Source: Herbidospora yilanensis (lineage in GTDB: Bacteria; Actinomycetota; Actinomycetes; Streptosporangiales; Streptosporangiaceae). Taken from it: DNA of 64,000 nucleotides. Below the pieces are notes generated by a model. That model did not search any database. It saw only the letters and a program-made list of their open reading frames with translations, and was not told where the DNA came from. The stretch covers positions 264,984 through 328,983 of the forward strand of contig NZ_BBXE01000013.1 in NCBI RefSeq assembly GCF_001570565.1, read 5' to 3'. Made by a program: the position numbers and the translations under genes. Below are positions 46,047-54,723 of the stretch, in pieces. The stretch's first letter is position 1. Each line of letters starts with the position of its first letter.

Positions 46047-48934
46047 GAATCGCGCAGCACCGCGGCGTGGTCCCCCAGCGCCCCCCGGTTGGAAAGCCCG
46101 GTCTTGGCCAGCAGGCTGGCCACGTGCTTCTCCACCGTCCGCGGTGAGATGAAAAGTCGTCGGCCGATCTCGACGTTGCCGAGCCGTTCGGCGAGCAACA
46201 TCAGAACCTGGTGCTCGCGCACGGTCACGCCGAGGTTGCGCAGTTCGCCGGGCACCCCCTCCCGCCCGGGCCGACGGTACGACACCGCCGCCCCCGCCTG
46301 GCGCAGCAACGTGCGGCAGGCCGCCGTCACCGCCGTCACGCCCGCCTCGTGGAAGTGGTCCTCGGCCGCCCGCAACCACACCACCGGCTCGCCCCATCCG
46401 TCGGCCAGCGCGGCCTCCGCGACCAGCCGCGCCCCCAGGTGCGCCGCCTGCGGGAACGGCTCCCCGGCCGCCCGCGCCTCCGCCATCGTCCGCCCGGCCG
46501 CCGCGTGCTCGCCCCGCCCGCCCAGCAACACCGCGCGGGCGAGCAGCAGGAAGTGCCGGTTCCACCGCAGTTCGGCGGCCGGCTGGGCGTGCACGGCCGC
46601 CCAGTCGTCGAGGGTGAGCTCGCCGGCGAGCGCGCCCAGCAGCACGGCCAGGCCGTAGCGGCCCGTCATGTAGTAGAGCGTGGGATGTTCGTCCTCCCAC
46701 GCGCGTGCCCTGGCGAGCAACTCCGCCGCCTGGTCGCGGTCCTCCTCCAGCAGGGCGCAGAACGCCTGGCAGAGGCCGTACACGACCGGGGTGTGCAGGC
46801 TCTGCTCACCGCCCCACCTGCGGAAATCGGCCAGGGCGTGCTCCATGGCCTCGCGCCGCCCCTGGTGGGCGGCCAGTGTCGCCTGCGCCATCAGCAGATA
46901 CTGGGTGTAGGCCGTGTGCCCCAGCCGGATCGTGGTCTCGACGCACGCGGCGGCGGTCTCGGCGGCGCTCTTGTACTCCGCCCGCAGCACCCGCGTCATC
47001 ACCAGGGACGCCTCCGCGCTGTGCACCAGGCTGATCGCGCCCGCCTGGGTGGCCGCCCGCAGCACCTCCTCAAGCGGATCGCTCTCCCCGGTACGCATGT
47101 TGTGGTTGGCCGCCAGCCGGTACATCGCCCGCAACCGCCACAGGCTCAGCCCGTGCACCTCGGCGATGGCCTTCATCCGGGTCAGGCACCGGTCGGGCTC
47201 GCCGAACCCGTGCACCCTGGTCAGCATGGCCAGCCGCTCCCACGCCTGGCAGGCCACCTCGGGCAGCGGCAGCCGCTCGGCCACCTCGGCGGCGCGTCGC
47301 GACAGCGCCTCGGCGGCGGCCATCTCGGCCGGCCCGGCTTCGTTGACGCCGTGGTCGGGGAACAACAACTGCGCCTCGATCACGTCGATCGCGGCGCCGC
47401 GCGCCTCGTCGGGCAGGCTCTCCAGCGACCGCCGCACGGCCGCCACGTGGGCGCGCCCGGCGGGCAACTCGCCGATCTCGGCGGCCACCCACGCCAGCTT
47501 GGTGCGCAGGTCGACCTCCTGCCACAGCCCCATCGACAGGTCGTCGGACGCGCACTCCCTGGCCAGCTCCAGCGCCCGGTCGGCCCGGCCGCCCTCGGTC
47601 AGCGCGTGCAGCAACCGCTGGAGCGTGTGGGCCCGCGCCGGGGCGGGGCCGCCCTCCTGGAGCCGGTCGGCCCGTTCGAGCAGGGTCGCCGCGACGTCGG
47701 CGGCGCCGCCGTTCAGGTAACGTTCGCCCGCCTCGGCCAGCAACGCCCCGGCCGTGTGGACCTCACCGGCCGTCAGCCGCAGGCTCGCGGCGATCTGGAG
47801 CCACTCGTCCGGGAGCCCCGGATACAGGCGTTCGACCGACCGGGCCGCCTGGCGGGCCAGCCGGGCCCGCTCCGCCGGGATCAGCTCCGCCGACAACGCC
47901 TCGGCGGTCAGGGCGTGGCGGAAGGCGTACCATTCCCCGGCCGGTTCGTCGGGCACGACGAGCCGCGCCGTGGTGGCCGCCCGCAGGATCGCCTCGACCC
48001 CCCGGTCGTCGAGGCCGGAGACGTCCTGGATGACCGGCACCGGGAAGCGGTTCCCGAACACCGCCCCGGTCAGCAGCAGCTCGTGCGCCGCCGGCACGAG
48101 CGTCGCCATGCGCGCCGCGATCCCGCGCGCCGCCGAGTTCGGCCCCCGCGCGCCCGGGTCGTCTTTCAGGGCGTCGACGAACTCCTCGACCAAATACGGC
48201 ACGCCGTCCGTCTCGGCCACGAGGCGGTCCATCACTCCGTCCGGCAGCACGTCCGGCAACTCGTCCGGCCGTGCCAGGCAGGCCGCGACGAGCCGGCGGG
48301 TCTCGTCGGGCGACAGCGGCGGCAACTCGACGACCTCCGCCACCTGGCGGCGGGCGCAGTCGTCGGCCACGGTCCGCGCCGGGCCGGCGTGCCCGCGCAG
48401 GTTCACCAGGAGCAACGCCGGCACGTCGGCGAGGTTGTCGGCCAGGTATTCGACCACGCCCAGCGTGCCCGCGTCGGCGTCGTGCAGGTCCTCCAGCACC
48501 AGCACGCCGCCGCGCGACTCCCGTCCGAGAACGGTCAGGAGCCGCAACACGGCCTCGGCGAGGATGACCGCCGACTCCAGCCGCCGCGCGCCCCCCTCCT
48601 CCCGCCACTCGGGCACCAGCGTCGTCAACGCAGGGAGATAGGGCCGCAACAGCGGATCGTCGGGCGGCCTGCGCGACCGGGCGAGCGAGAACAACGCCTC
48701 GCTCAGCGGCTTGAACGGGATGTCCGCGCTGACCGCGCTACCCCGCCCGCGCAGGCTCACCAGCCCCAGGTCACCGGCCCGCCGGAGCACCTCCGACGTC
48801 AACCGGGACTTCCCGATGCCGGGATCGCCGACCAGGAAGACGGTCTTCCCGCGACCGTCCCCGACCTGCTCCAGACACCTGTCGAACAGCGCTTTCTCGG
48901 GTTCCCGCCCGATCAGGACCGGCGACCTGGACAC
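46043..48934 (-). CDS. LAL-type LuxR-family regulator (AAA ATPase + TPR-like repeats + LuxR HTH)
   Basis: GTG start gives VSRSPVLIGREPEKALFDRCLEQVGDGRGKTVFLVGDPGIGKSRL (Walker A), and Walker B is VLVLEDLHDAD. The C-terminal HTH reads LTVREHQVLMLLAERLGNVEIGRRLFISPRTVEKHVASLLAKTGLSNR. Confidence 0.85.
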   Translation of the reverse strand: MSRSPVLIGREPEKALFDRCLEQVGDGRGKTVFLVGDPGIGKSRLTSEVLRRAGDLGLVSLRGRGSAVSADIPFKPLSEALFSLARSRRPPDDPLLRPYLPALTTLVPEWREEGGARRLESAVILAEAVLRLLTVLGRESRGGVLVLEDLHDADAGTLGVVEYLADNLADVPALLLVNLRGHAGPARTVADDCARRQVAEVVELPPLSPDETRRLVAACLARPDELPDVLPDGVMDRLVAETDGVPYLVEEFVDALKDDPGARGPNSAARGIAARMATLVPAAHELLLTGAVFGNRFPVPVIQDVSGLDDRGVEAILRAATTARLVVPDEPAGEWYAFRHALTAEALSAELIPAERARLARQAARSVERLYPGLPDEWLQIAASLRLTAGEVHTAGALLAEAGERYLNGGAADVAATLLERADRLQEGGPAPARAHTLQRLLHALTEGGRADRALELARECASDDLSMGLWQEVDLRTKLAWVAAEIGELPAGRAHVAAVRRSLESLPDEARGAAIDVIEAQLLFPDHGVNEAGPAEMAAAEALSRRAAEVAERLPLPEVACQAWERLAMLTRVHGFGEPDRCLTRMKAIAEVHGLSLWRLRAMYRLAANHNMRTGESDPLEEVLRAATQAGAISLVHSAEASLVMTRVLRAEYKSAAETAAACVETTIRLGHTAYTQYLLMAQATLAAHQGRREAMEHALADFRRWGGEQSLHTPVVYGLCQAFCALLEEDRDQAAELLARARAWEDEHPTLYYMTGRYGLAVLLGALAGELTLDDWAAVHAQPAAELRWNRHFLLLARAVLLGGRGEHAAAGRTMAEARAAGEPFPQAAHLGARLVAEAALADGWGEPVVWLRAAEDHFHEAGVTAVTAACRTLLRQAGAAVSYRRPGREGVPGELRNLGVTVREHQVLMLLAERLGNVEIGRRLFISPRTVEKHVASLLAKTGLSNRGALGDHAAVLRDS

Positions 48935-48935
48935 G

Positions 48936-49136
48936 TTACTTGTGCGACACCGAGACGGGGTTGACGGGGTCGCCCTCAAGTCCGAGCGCGATGGTCGCGC
49001 CCGCGGCGGTGTCGGGCGACTTAAGGATCAGGGTCGCGCCCGCGGTCAGCCCCGCCAGCACGAGCGCCCGGGTGAGCGGCCTGATGTTGGCCAGCCGCGC
49101 GCCGGCCGCGAGCACCGGATTCTGCTCAGTGTTCAT
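48936..49136 (-). CDS. Small hypothetical protein (66 aa) translationally coupled to the LanM-like gene
   Basis: MNTEQNPVLAAGARLANIRPLTRALVLAGLTAGATLILKSPDTAAGATIALGLEGDPVNPVSVSHK. The ATG overlaps the LanM-like stop (ATGA) and GC3 is high. It has one hydrophobic segment and no Cys. Confidence 0.55.
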   Translation of the reverse strand: MNTEQNPVLAAGARLANIRPLTRALVLAGLTAGATLILKSPDTAAGATIALGLEGDPVNPVSVSHK

Positions 49137-51634
49137 CTGTTCTTCGTCGCCTCTCGAAAGGGGTGCAGCAACAGCACCGATGGAATCTGTCCGGGCGCGG
49201 CCAGCCGCAGCAGACCGTGCCCGATCCCGGCCAGCCCGAGGAGCAGGCCGGGTGTGGAGACGTGGCCGGGAGTGGCGCATCGTGCTCCGTGGCGGCGCAG
49301 GGACGCGAGCACCGAAGGGCCCTCACGTTCCTGGAGTTCGGGCACTCCGAGCCTGCCCACACGTCCGTGGCACAGGCTGTCGTCGGGCAGGAGCACGCTG
49401 GGCGGGGCCGTCCGGCGGGTCAGCAGCCCGCCGCACCAGGTGTGGCCCTCGACCGGGCCGATCGGGACGTCGAGCCCGTACCGGCCGAGCGCCCAGGCGA
49501 TGCCGGCCCGTCCGAACGCGAAGCCGTCGGGCAGATCCGGCGGCAGGTCCCGGCCGGTCAGCAGGTCGGCGCAGGCCGCCGCGACCGTCTCCGCCCCGAT
49601 GGCGAGCATCGCCGCCAGGCACCCGGCCAGCCCGTCGTGCACGTCGAGGGCGCTGCGCTCGGAGATCGTCGCCTCGGCCAGCTCGACCGCCCGGCCGGAC
49701 CACGCGAGCACCTCCGCGTCGCCGAGCAGGTGCCCGATCTGGGCCAGGCCGTAGGCCATGCCGCCCAGCCCGCCGAACCCGCCGCACCCCACGATCTCGG
49801 CCAGCAGCGGTTCGGCGGCCAGGGCGTCCAGCAGCGCGGGCGACGGGGAGAGGGCCTGCCGCGCGGTCTCCAGGAAGTCGCCGCGCCCGGTGACCGTGCC
49901 GGCCTGGGCCAGGAACAGCGCCACGCCGAGATAGCCGGAGGCCAGACCGCCGCCCAGGGGCATGACGGCGAGGCCGCCCTCGTCGTCGGCCTCCAGCCCC
50001 AGCCAGTTGACGGCCGCGCCCCGGCGGTGCGCGCTCGCGAGCAGTTCATCGGCGATCTTGACGGCCGCCGCCAGATAATCTCCGGTCTCGGCTTCGGACG
50101 GCTGATCGGGGCGTGGCGGATCGCCATCGACCCCCTTCGGGTCATGGCTTGGGGCCCCCGCCCGCGTTGCCAGTGACGCGCGAATGATCCACTCCTGCTT
50201 GCCCCGGTCGGCAGGCCCCAGCCCCGTCAGCTTCTCGCCCACCGATTCACGGCCCGTGCGGGCCAACTTCCACGGCACCCCGATGCCGTCCCCAGCGTAG
50301 ATCGTAAGGGAATCCGGCGATGTCCAGAAATAGGGGACATCGCATGAATTTATGCCCTCTGCCTCGAACGGCGCCGCCGCCCGCTGGAGGGCATCGTGCC
50401 CCGACAGCTCCATGAGCAGGGAAAGTGCGCGCTTACCTGAGTCGTCAAGGGCGGATTCCCATAACAGCTCGGAATAGATTCGGGTGGGCCGCAGAAGCAG
50501 TCGCACCCGCATGGGCCCGAACCGGGGGAACAACAACCGGTCCAGGTCGTGCCGCCCCTCCGCGATGGCGTCATAGGCCGCGCGAAAGCCACCGACCAGG
50601 TCGTCCACGTACGCGGCGGGGTCGGCAGGCCGCCCGTCGAGCCGGGGACGATTGGCGGCCCCCGCGAACGGACGCGGCCCGCGCACCGGCCGCATCAGAT
50701 CGGTGTCGCGGTCCTCCCACACGATCCCCGAATAGGCGTGCACCCCTGGGTCGCCGCCCAGCGCCGAGACGTCCTGGACCGCCTGGTCGCCGATCAGCAA
50801 CCTGGGCAGAATCGCGGTCCGGTCGACCGAACGCACGAGCGCGTCGTGGGCCGGATCGGCCGCGTCCGCGCTCAGCACAGGGTGGAACAGCGTCTCGGCG
50901 TCGACGACGACGGGCTGGTCGCCGGCCGCGACGACGTTCTCGAAATGGAGGTCGATCGTGTCCAGCGCGTGCGCCAGCGCGAGCAGCGCCCCCATCCGGC
51001 GATGGAACCGCGCCACCTCCGCCGCGGACGCGCAGGGCCGCGCCTCGGCGAACTCGACCCAGCCGTGCTCCTCACGGGCGACGACCCGGAGCGTACGCAG
51101 CCCGAGGCCGGGCACCCGGCCGTTCAGCCAGCCGATCGCGGCGTTCAGGCACAGATGCGCCTCGACCGGTCGCGGCCGGTAGACGACCCGGGCCCCCGAG
51201 GCGAACCGCACCACCGAGACCGACCGGCCACCGGAATGCGGATCACCGGCGGCCGAGAACGCCACCGGCCCTCCCGCTTCTCCCGGCATCAGGCCGCGCA
51301 CGGCCCTCTCGTCCCGCCGGAACCGGTCCAGCAACTCCATCGCGTGGCGTAACGCCAGGTCGGCCAGGTCGGCCACGGCCGGGTCCGGCTCACGCGCGGC
51401 CCGCCGGGCGAAGCCGGCGTACCTCTCCTCCGGCGTCGCCCCCGGCAACTCGCCCCGATCTCCGGCCTCGGCCAGCCGTACGGCCAGCGCCGGCGCGGCC
51501 CGCTCCGACAACCGGCCCACGAGATCCGCCGCGAAGGCCTCGGCGAACGCGGCCGCTCCGGGATACGCGGCCACCAGCCGGTCGGCGGCACGGCGGGCGA
51601 CGGGTTCGACGACGGCGGAGAAAGGGTGCGTCAC
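49133..51634 (-). CDS. Short (833 aa) LanM-like class II lanthipeptide synthetase (DUF4135 dehydratase-like + LanC-like cyclase domain)
   Basis: GTG start. The kinase-like dehydratase core reads VVYRPRPVEAHL...DLHFENVVAAGDQPVVVDAETLF. The C-terminal LanC-like repeats are GLASGYLGVALFL, GGFGGLGGMAYGL, HDGLAGCLAAM and GFAFGRAGIAWAL. Putative Zn ligands are HTWCGG and SLCHGRVG, followed by GLLLGLAGIGHGLL. Confidence 0.8.
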   Translation of the reverse strand: MTHPFSAVVEPVARRAADRLVAAYPGAAAFAEAFAADLVGRLSERAAPALAVRLAEAGDRGELPGATPEERYAGFARRAAREPDPAVADLADLALRHAMELLDRFRRDERAVRGLMPGEAGGPVAFSAAGDPHSGGRSVSVVRFASGARVVYRPRPVEAHLCLNAAIGWLNGRVPGLGLRTLRVVAREEHGWVEFAEARPCASAAEVARFHRRMGALLALAHALDTIDLHFENVVAAGDQPVVVDAETLFHPVLSADAADPAHDALVRSVDRTAILPRLLIGDQAVQDVSALGGDPGVHAYSGIVWEDRDTDLMRPVRGPRPFAGAANRPRLDGRPADPAAYVDDLVGGFRAAYDAIAEGRHDLDRLLFPRFGPMRVRLLLRPTRIYSELLWESALDDSGKRALSLLMELSGHDALQRAAAPFEAEGINSCDVPYFWTSPDSLTIYAGDGIGVPWKLARTGRESVGEKLTGLGPADRGKQEWIIRASLATRAGAPSHDPKGVDGDPPRPDQPSEAETGDYLAAAVKIADELLASAHRRGAAVNWLGLEADDEGGLAVMPLGGGLASGYLGVALFLAQAGTVTGRGDFLETARQALSPSPALLDALAAEPLLAEIVGCGGFGGLGGMAYGLAQIGHLLGDAEVLAWSGRAVELAEATISERSALDVHDGLAGCLAAMLAIGAETVAAACADLLTGRDLPPDLPDGFAFGRAGIAWALGRYGLDVPIGPVEGHTWCGGLLTRRTAPPSVLLPDDSLCHGRVGRLGVPELQEREGPSVLASLRRHGARCATPGHVSTPGLLLGLAGIGHGLLRLAAPGQIPSVLLLHPFREATKNR

Positions 51635-51694
51635 GCCCGCGATTATGTCGACCTGAAGTCCCGGAATGTCCCGGTCGTGCCCGGGAACCCGGGT

Positions 51695-52126
51695 TCACTT
51701 CCGGGGAGTCTCCTTGGGACCGGTGATGGGCACCCGCGTGGCCGACTCCTTCTTGGTCTCGCCCAGCTTGACGGTGACCTCCAGGATCCCCTTGTCGTAG
51801 ACGGCGGTGACCTCTTCCTCCATCGCCGTCGGCGGCAGCGCCACGGAGCGGGTCAGGCTGCCGTACCTGAACTCGCTGTGCTCCGCGTCCGACTCCTCGC
51901 GGTGCCGTTCGGCGTGTACGGTCAGAATCCCGTCGGCCACCGTGACCTCGACGTCCTTCTCCGGGTCGACGCCGGGCAGTTCGGCCCGCAGGACGTATTC
52001 GCCGTCCCGCATGACGTCCTCGAACCGTACGGGCTGCTGCATCGCCCGCAAGCCCAGGAACGGGTTCTCGAACAGATCGAAGATGTCGGGCAGCAGTGCC
52101 TTCTCCCGGCGCATGAGCGTGCTCAT
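51695..52126 (-). CDS. Hsp20/alpha-crystallin small heat-shock protein
   Basis: The alpha-crystallin domain reads YVLRAELPGVDPEKDVEVTVADGILTVHAER...FRYGSLTRSVALP...AVYDKGILEVTV. Confidence 0.9.
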   Translation of the reverse strand: MSTLMRREKALLPDIFDLFENPFLGLRAMQQPVRFEDVMRDGEYVLRAELPGVDPEKDVEVTVADGILTVHAERHREESDAEHSEFRYGSLTRSVALPPTAMEEEVTAVYDKGILEVTVKLGETKKESATRVPITGPKETPRK

Positions 52127-52307
52127 GGCCCACCTCCACGCTTTGCGCGTCGATTGCCGCGGGCGTATCGCCCGCTACCCCTCCAGCCTGCGGAAACACC
52201 CGTCCAGGCGGTAGGGCCTTTGGTCCCGGCGACAGGTGACGAGGGGCGACCCCCCCAGCCTTTGAGGTGGATTCACCGTCCGGACAGGGGCGATCTACAG
52301 TGGGCGG

Positions 52308-53171
52308 ATGGGCATGGTGAAGACGGTCGGGCTGGTCCTGCATCCGCGCCGCGACTCCAAAGAGGCCATCGACACGATCATCGAATGGGCTCGCGGACGC
52401 GGCGTGACGGTGCTCGGGCTGCCCGAGGAGGTCGGGCGGATCGACTGCAGCGCCCTGCCCGTCGGCCCCGCCGAACTGGCCGCGCGGTCCGACCTGATGG
52501 TCAGCCTCGGCGGCGACGGGACCATGCTCCGGACGATGCGGCTGATCGCCGGCCTGCCGACGCCGGTGCTCGGGGTCAACCTGGGCAAACTGGGCTTCCT
52601 CGCCGAGATCGACGTCGAGGAGCTGCCCCCGGCGCTGACGGCCATCGACGCCCACGAACACTTCGTCGAGGCGCGCATGGCCGTCCGGACGCTGCTGCCC
52701 GACCACGGCGAGGTGCTGGCGTTCAACGACATCGCCCTGGTCCGGCACCCCGGCGACGGGATGGCGGCCGTGGCGGTCTCGGTGGCGGGCCATCCGTTCG
52801 TACGGCTGGCGGCCGACGCGGTGATCGTGGCGACCTCGACCGGGTCGACGGCCTACAGCTTCTCGGCCGGGGGGCCGATCGTCTCGCCCAACGTCGAGGG
52901 GTTCCTCGTGGTGCCGGCGGCGGCACACTCGACGTTCAACCGGGCACTGGTGTTGTCGGCCGACGAGGAGGTGACGCTGGAGGTGCTGCCGACCAGCGGG
53001 CACATCGCGGTCGAGGTCGACGGGACGATCGCCGGGCACCTGTCTCCCGGGCACCGGATCACCGTGACGGCGGTCCGGGCGGCGGCCCGGGTGGTGCGGT
53101 TCGGGGCGACCTCCTTCTACGAGCGGGCCCGGCGGAAACTGCGCGTCAACGGGAGCGCCGAGGTCGACTAG
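52308..53171 (+). CDS. nadK: NAD(+) kinase
   Basis: The GGDGT motif is LMVSLGGDGTMLRTMR. Other motifs are GVNLGKLGFL, NDIAL and STAYSFSAGGPIV. Confidence 0.85.
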   Translation: MGMVKTVGLVLHPRRDSKEAIDTIIEWARGRGVTVLGLPEEVGRIDCSALPVGPAELAARSDLMVSLGGDGTMLRTMRLIAGLPTPVLGVNLGKLGFLAEIDVEELPPALTAIDAHEHFVEARMAVRTLLPDHGEVLAFNDIALVRHPGDGMAAVAVSVAGHPFVRLAADAVIVATSTGSTAYSFSAGGPIVSPNVEGFLVVPAAAHSTFNRALVLSADEEVTLEVLPTSGHIAVEVDGTIAGHLSPGHRITVTAVRAAARVVRFGATSFYERARRKLRVNGSAEVD

Positions 53172-54391
53172 CGCGTCACGTCGGCGAGCCGGGCCAGCAG
53201 GTGGCGGCGTTCCGGCTCGCTGCCGACCAGCTCCAGGGCCTCGCGGAACGCCCCCGCCGCCTCGGCCGGACGGCCCAGCCGGCGCAGCAGCTCGCCCCGG
53301 GCGGCCGGATAGACGTGCAGGCCGCGCAGCCGGGGCTCCCCCGCCAGGGCGTCGAGCAGGGCCAGGCCCGCCTCCGGGCCGTCGCGCATGGCGACGGCGA
53401 CCGCGCGGTTGAGGTCGACCACCGGCGACGGGGCCAGCGACCGGAGGACGTCATACAGGCTGACGATCTGGGGCCAGTCGGTGGGCTCCTCGTCGTGCAG
53501 GGCGGCGATGGCGGCCTGCACGCCGTAGGGGCCGGGCGGGCCGCCGGTCAGCGCGGTGACGACCAGGGGCTCGCCTTCGTCGATCATGGCGCGGTCCCAC
53601 CGGGAGCGGTCCTGGTCTTCGAGGAGGACCAGCCCGCCGTCGGGGCCGGTGCGGGCGGCGCGGCGGGCGTGGGTGAGCAGCATCAGCGCCAGCAGGCCGG
53701 TGGCCTCGCGTTCCCCCGGCAGAAGTCGGTGCAGGATGCGGGCCAGGCGCAGCGCCTCCTCGGCCAGGTCGTGGCGGACGAGGTCGGGGCCGGCGCTGGC
53801 GGCGTAGCCCTCGGTGAAGATCGAGTAGATCGCCTGGAGCACGCCGGGCAGGCGGGCCGGGAGCTCGTGGGGTTCCGGCACGCGGAAGGGGATCCGCGCC
53901 ACGCTGATCTTCTTCTTGGCCCTGACCAGGCGTTTGGCCATGGTCTCCACCGGCACCAGGTAGGCCCGCGCCACCTCGGCGGTGGTCAGGCCGGCCAGGT
54001 AGCGCAGCGTCAGCGCGCCCCGGTCGGCCTCGGGGAGAGCGGGGTGGGCGAAGGTGAAGAACAGGCGCAGCCGCTCGTCGGGCAGGGTGCCCTCGAAGAC
54101 CGGCGGCCCCGTCCGGTCCACCTCCACCTGGAGCAGGGCCAGCCGGGCGGCGTAGGTCCTGTCGCGGCGCAGCCGGTCGACGGCGCGGCGGCGGGCGGTG
54201 GTCATCAGCCAGGCCCCCGGGCTGGCCGGGACTCCGTCGGCGGGCCAGTGGACGAGGGCCGCCTCGATCGCCTCGGAGGTCACCTCTTCGGCCAGGTCGA
54301 GGTCGCCGAACCGCCGGACGAGCGCGGCCAGCAACCGGCCGCGCTCCTCGCGGAAGATCGCCTCGACCGACGCGTTGACGTCGCCGGTCAT
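53168..54391 (-). CDS. ECF-type RNA polymerase sigma factor with a long C-terminal TPR-like extension (COG4941-type)
   Basis: Region 2 reads EEVTSEAIEAALVHWP...PGAWLMTTARRRAVDRLRR. Region 4 reads LTLRYLAGLTTAEVARAYLVPVETMAKRLVRAKKKI. A ~230 aa helical tail follows. Confidence 0.85.
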   Translation of the reverse strand: MTGDVNASVEAIFREERGRLLAALVRRFGDLDLAEEVTSEAIEAALVHWPADGVPASPGAWLMTTARRRAVDRLRRDRTYAARLALLQVEVDRTGPPVFEGTLPDERLRLFFTFAHPALPEADRGALTLRYLAGLTTAEVARAYLVPVETMAKRLVRAKKKISVARIPFRVPEPHELPARLPGVLQAIYSIFTEGYAASAGPDLVRHDLAEEALRLARILHRLLPGEREATGLLALMLLTHARRAARTGPDGGLVLLEDQDRSRWDRAMIDEGEPLVVTALTGGPPGPYGVQAAIAALHDEEPTDWPQIVSLYDVLRSLAPSPVVDLNRAVAVAMRDGPEAGLALLDALAGEPRLRGLHVYPAARGELLRRLGRPAEAAGAFREALELVGSEPERRHLLARLADVTR

Positions 54392-54396
54392 GGAGG

Positions 54397-54723
54397 TCAG
54401 GTGTACTCGATGATCGGCCGCACCACCATCGAGCCGCCGTGCCGGGCGCCGGGGCAGCGGGCCGCCCAGTCGGTGGCGGCGTCGAGGTCGGGCACGTCGA
54501 TGATGTAGTAGCCGCCGAGCACCTCACGGGCCTCGGCGTAGGGGCCGTCGGTGACGACCTTCTCGCCGTCGGCGGAGATGTGGACGGCGGTCGACAGGGA
54601 CGGCTCCCCCAGCGGGTTGCCGTCGACGTGGACGCCGGCGTCGCGCAGCGACTTGTCGTAGTCGCCCCACTCCTGCGGAGTGCAGGCGTCGCTCGCGCCG
54701 TGGATCAGCAACATGTACTTCAT
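54397..54723 (-). CDS. YciI-family protein (108 aa)
   Basis: MKYMLLIHGASDAC...VVTDGPYAEAREVLGGYYIIDVPDLDAATDWAARCPG, from the last 108 codons of track ORF 54397..56334-. The start shares one base with the upstream stop. Confidence 0.8.
   Translation of the reverse strand: MKYMLLIHGASDACTPQEWGDYDKSLRDAGVHVDGNPLGEPSLSTAVHISADGEKVVTDGPYAEAREVLGGYYIIDVPDLDAATDWAARCPGARHGGSMVVRPIIEYT

Noticed and set aside
46211-48964. 917-aa plus ORF antisense to the LAL/LuxR regulator
   Set aside because: Shadow frame. The minus frame has Walker A/B motifs and a GerE-type HTH.
48936-49136. The 66-aa ORF as the cognate LanM substrate
   Set aside because: I could not support this. It has no Cys, no resemblance to the five-peptide leader, and a TM-like helix. 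I keep it as a hypothetical coupled ORF rather than calling it a precursor.
51390-54508. 554-aa minus and 960-aa plus ORFs spanning hsp20, the NAD kinase and the sigma factor
   Set aside because: Shadow frames crossing several well-supported genes on both strands.
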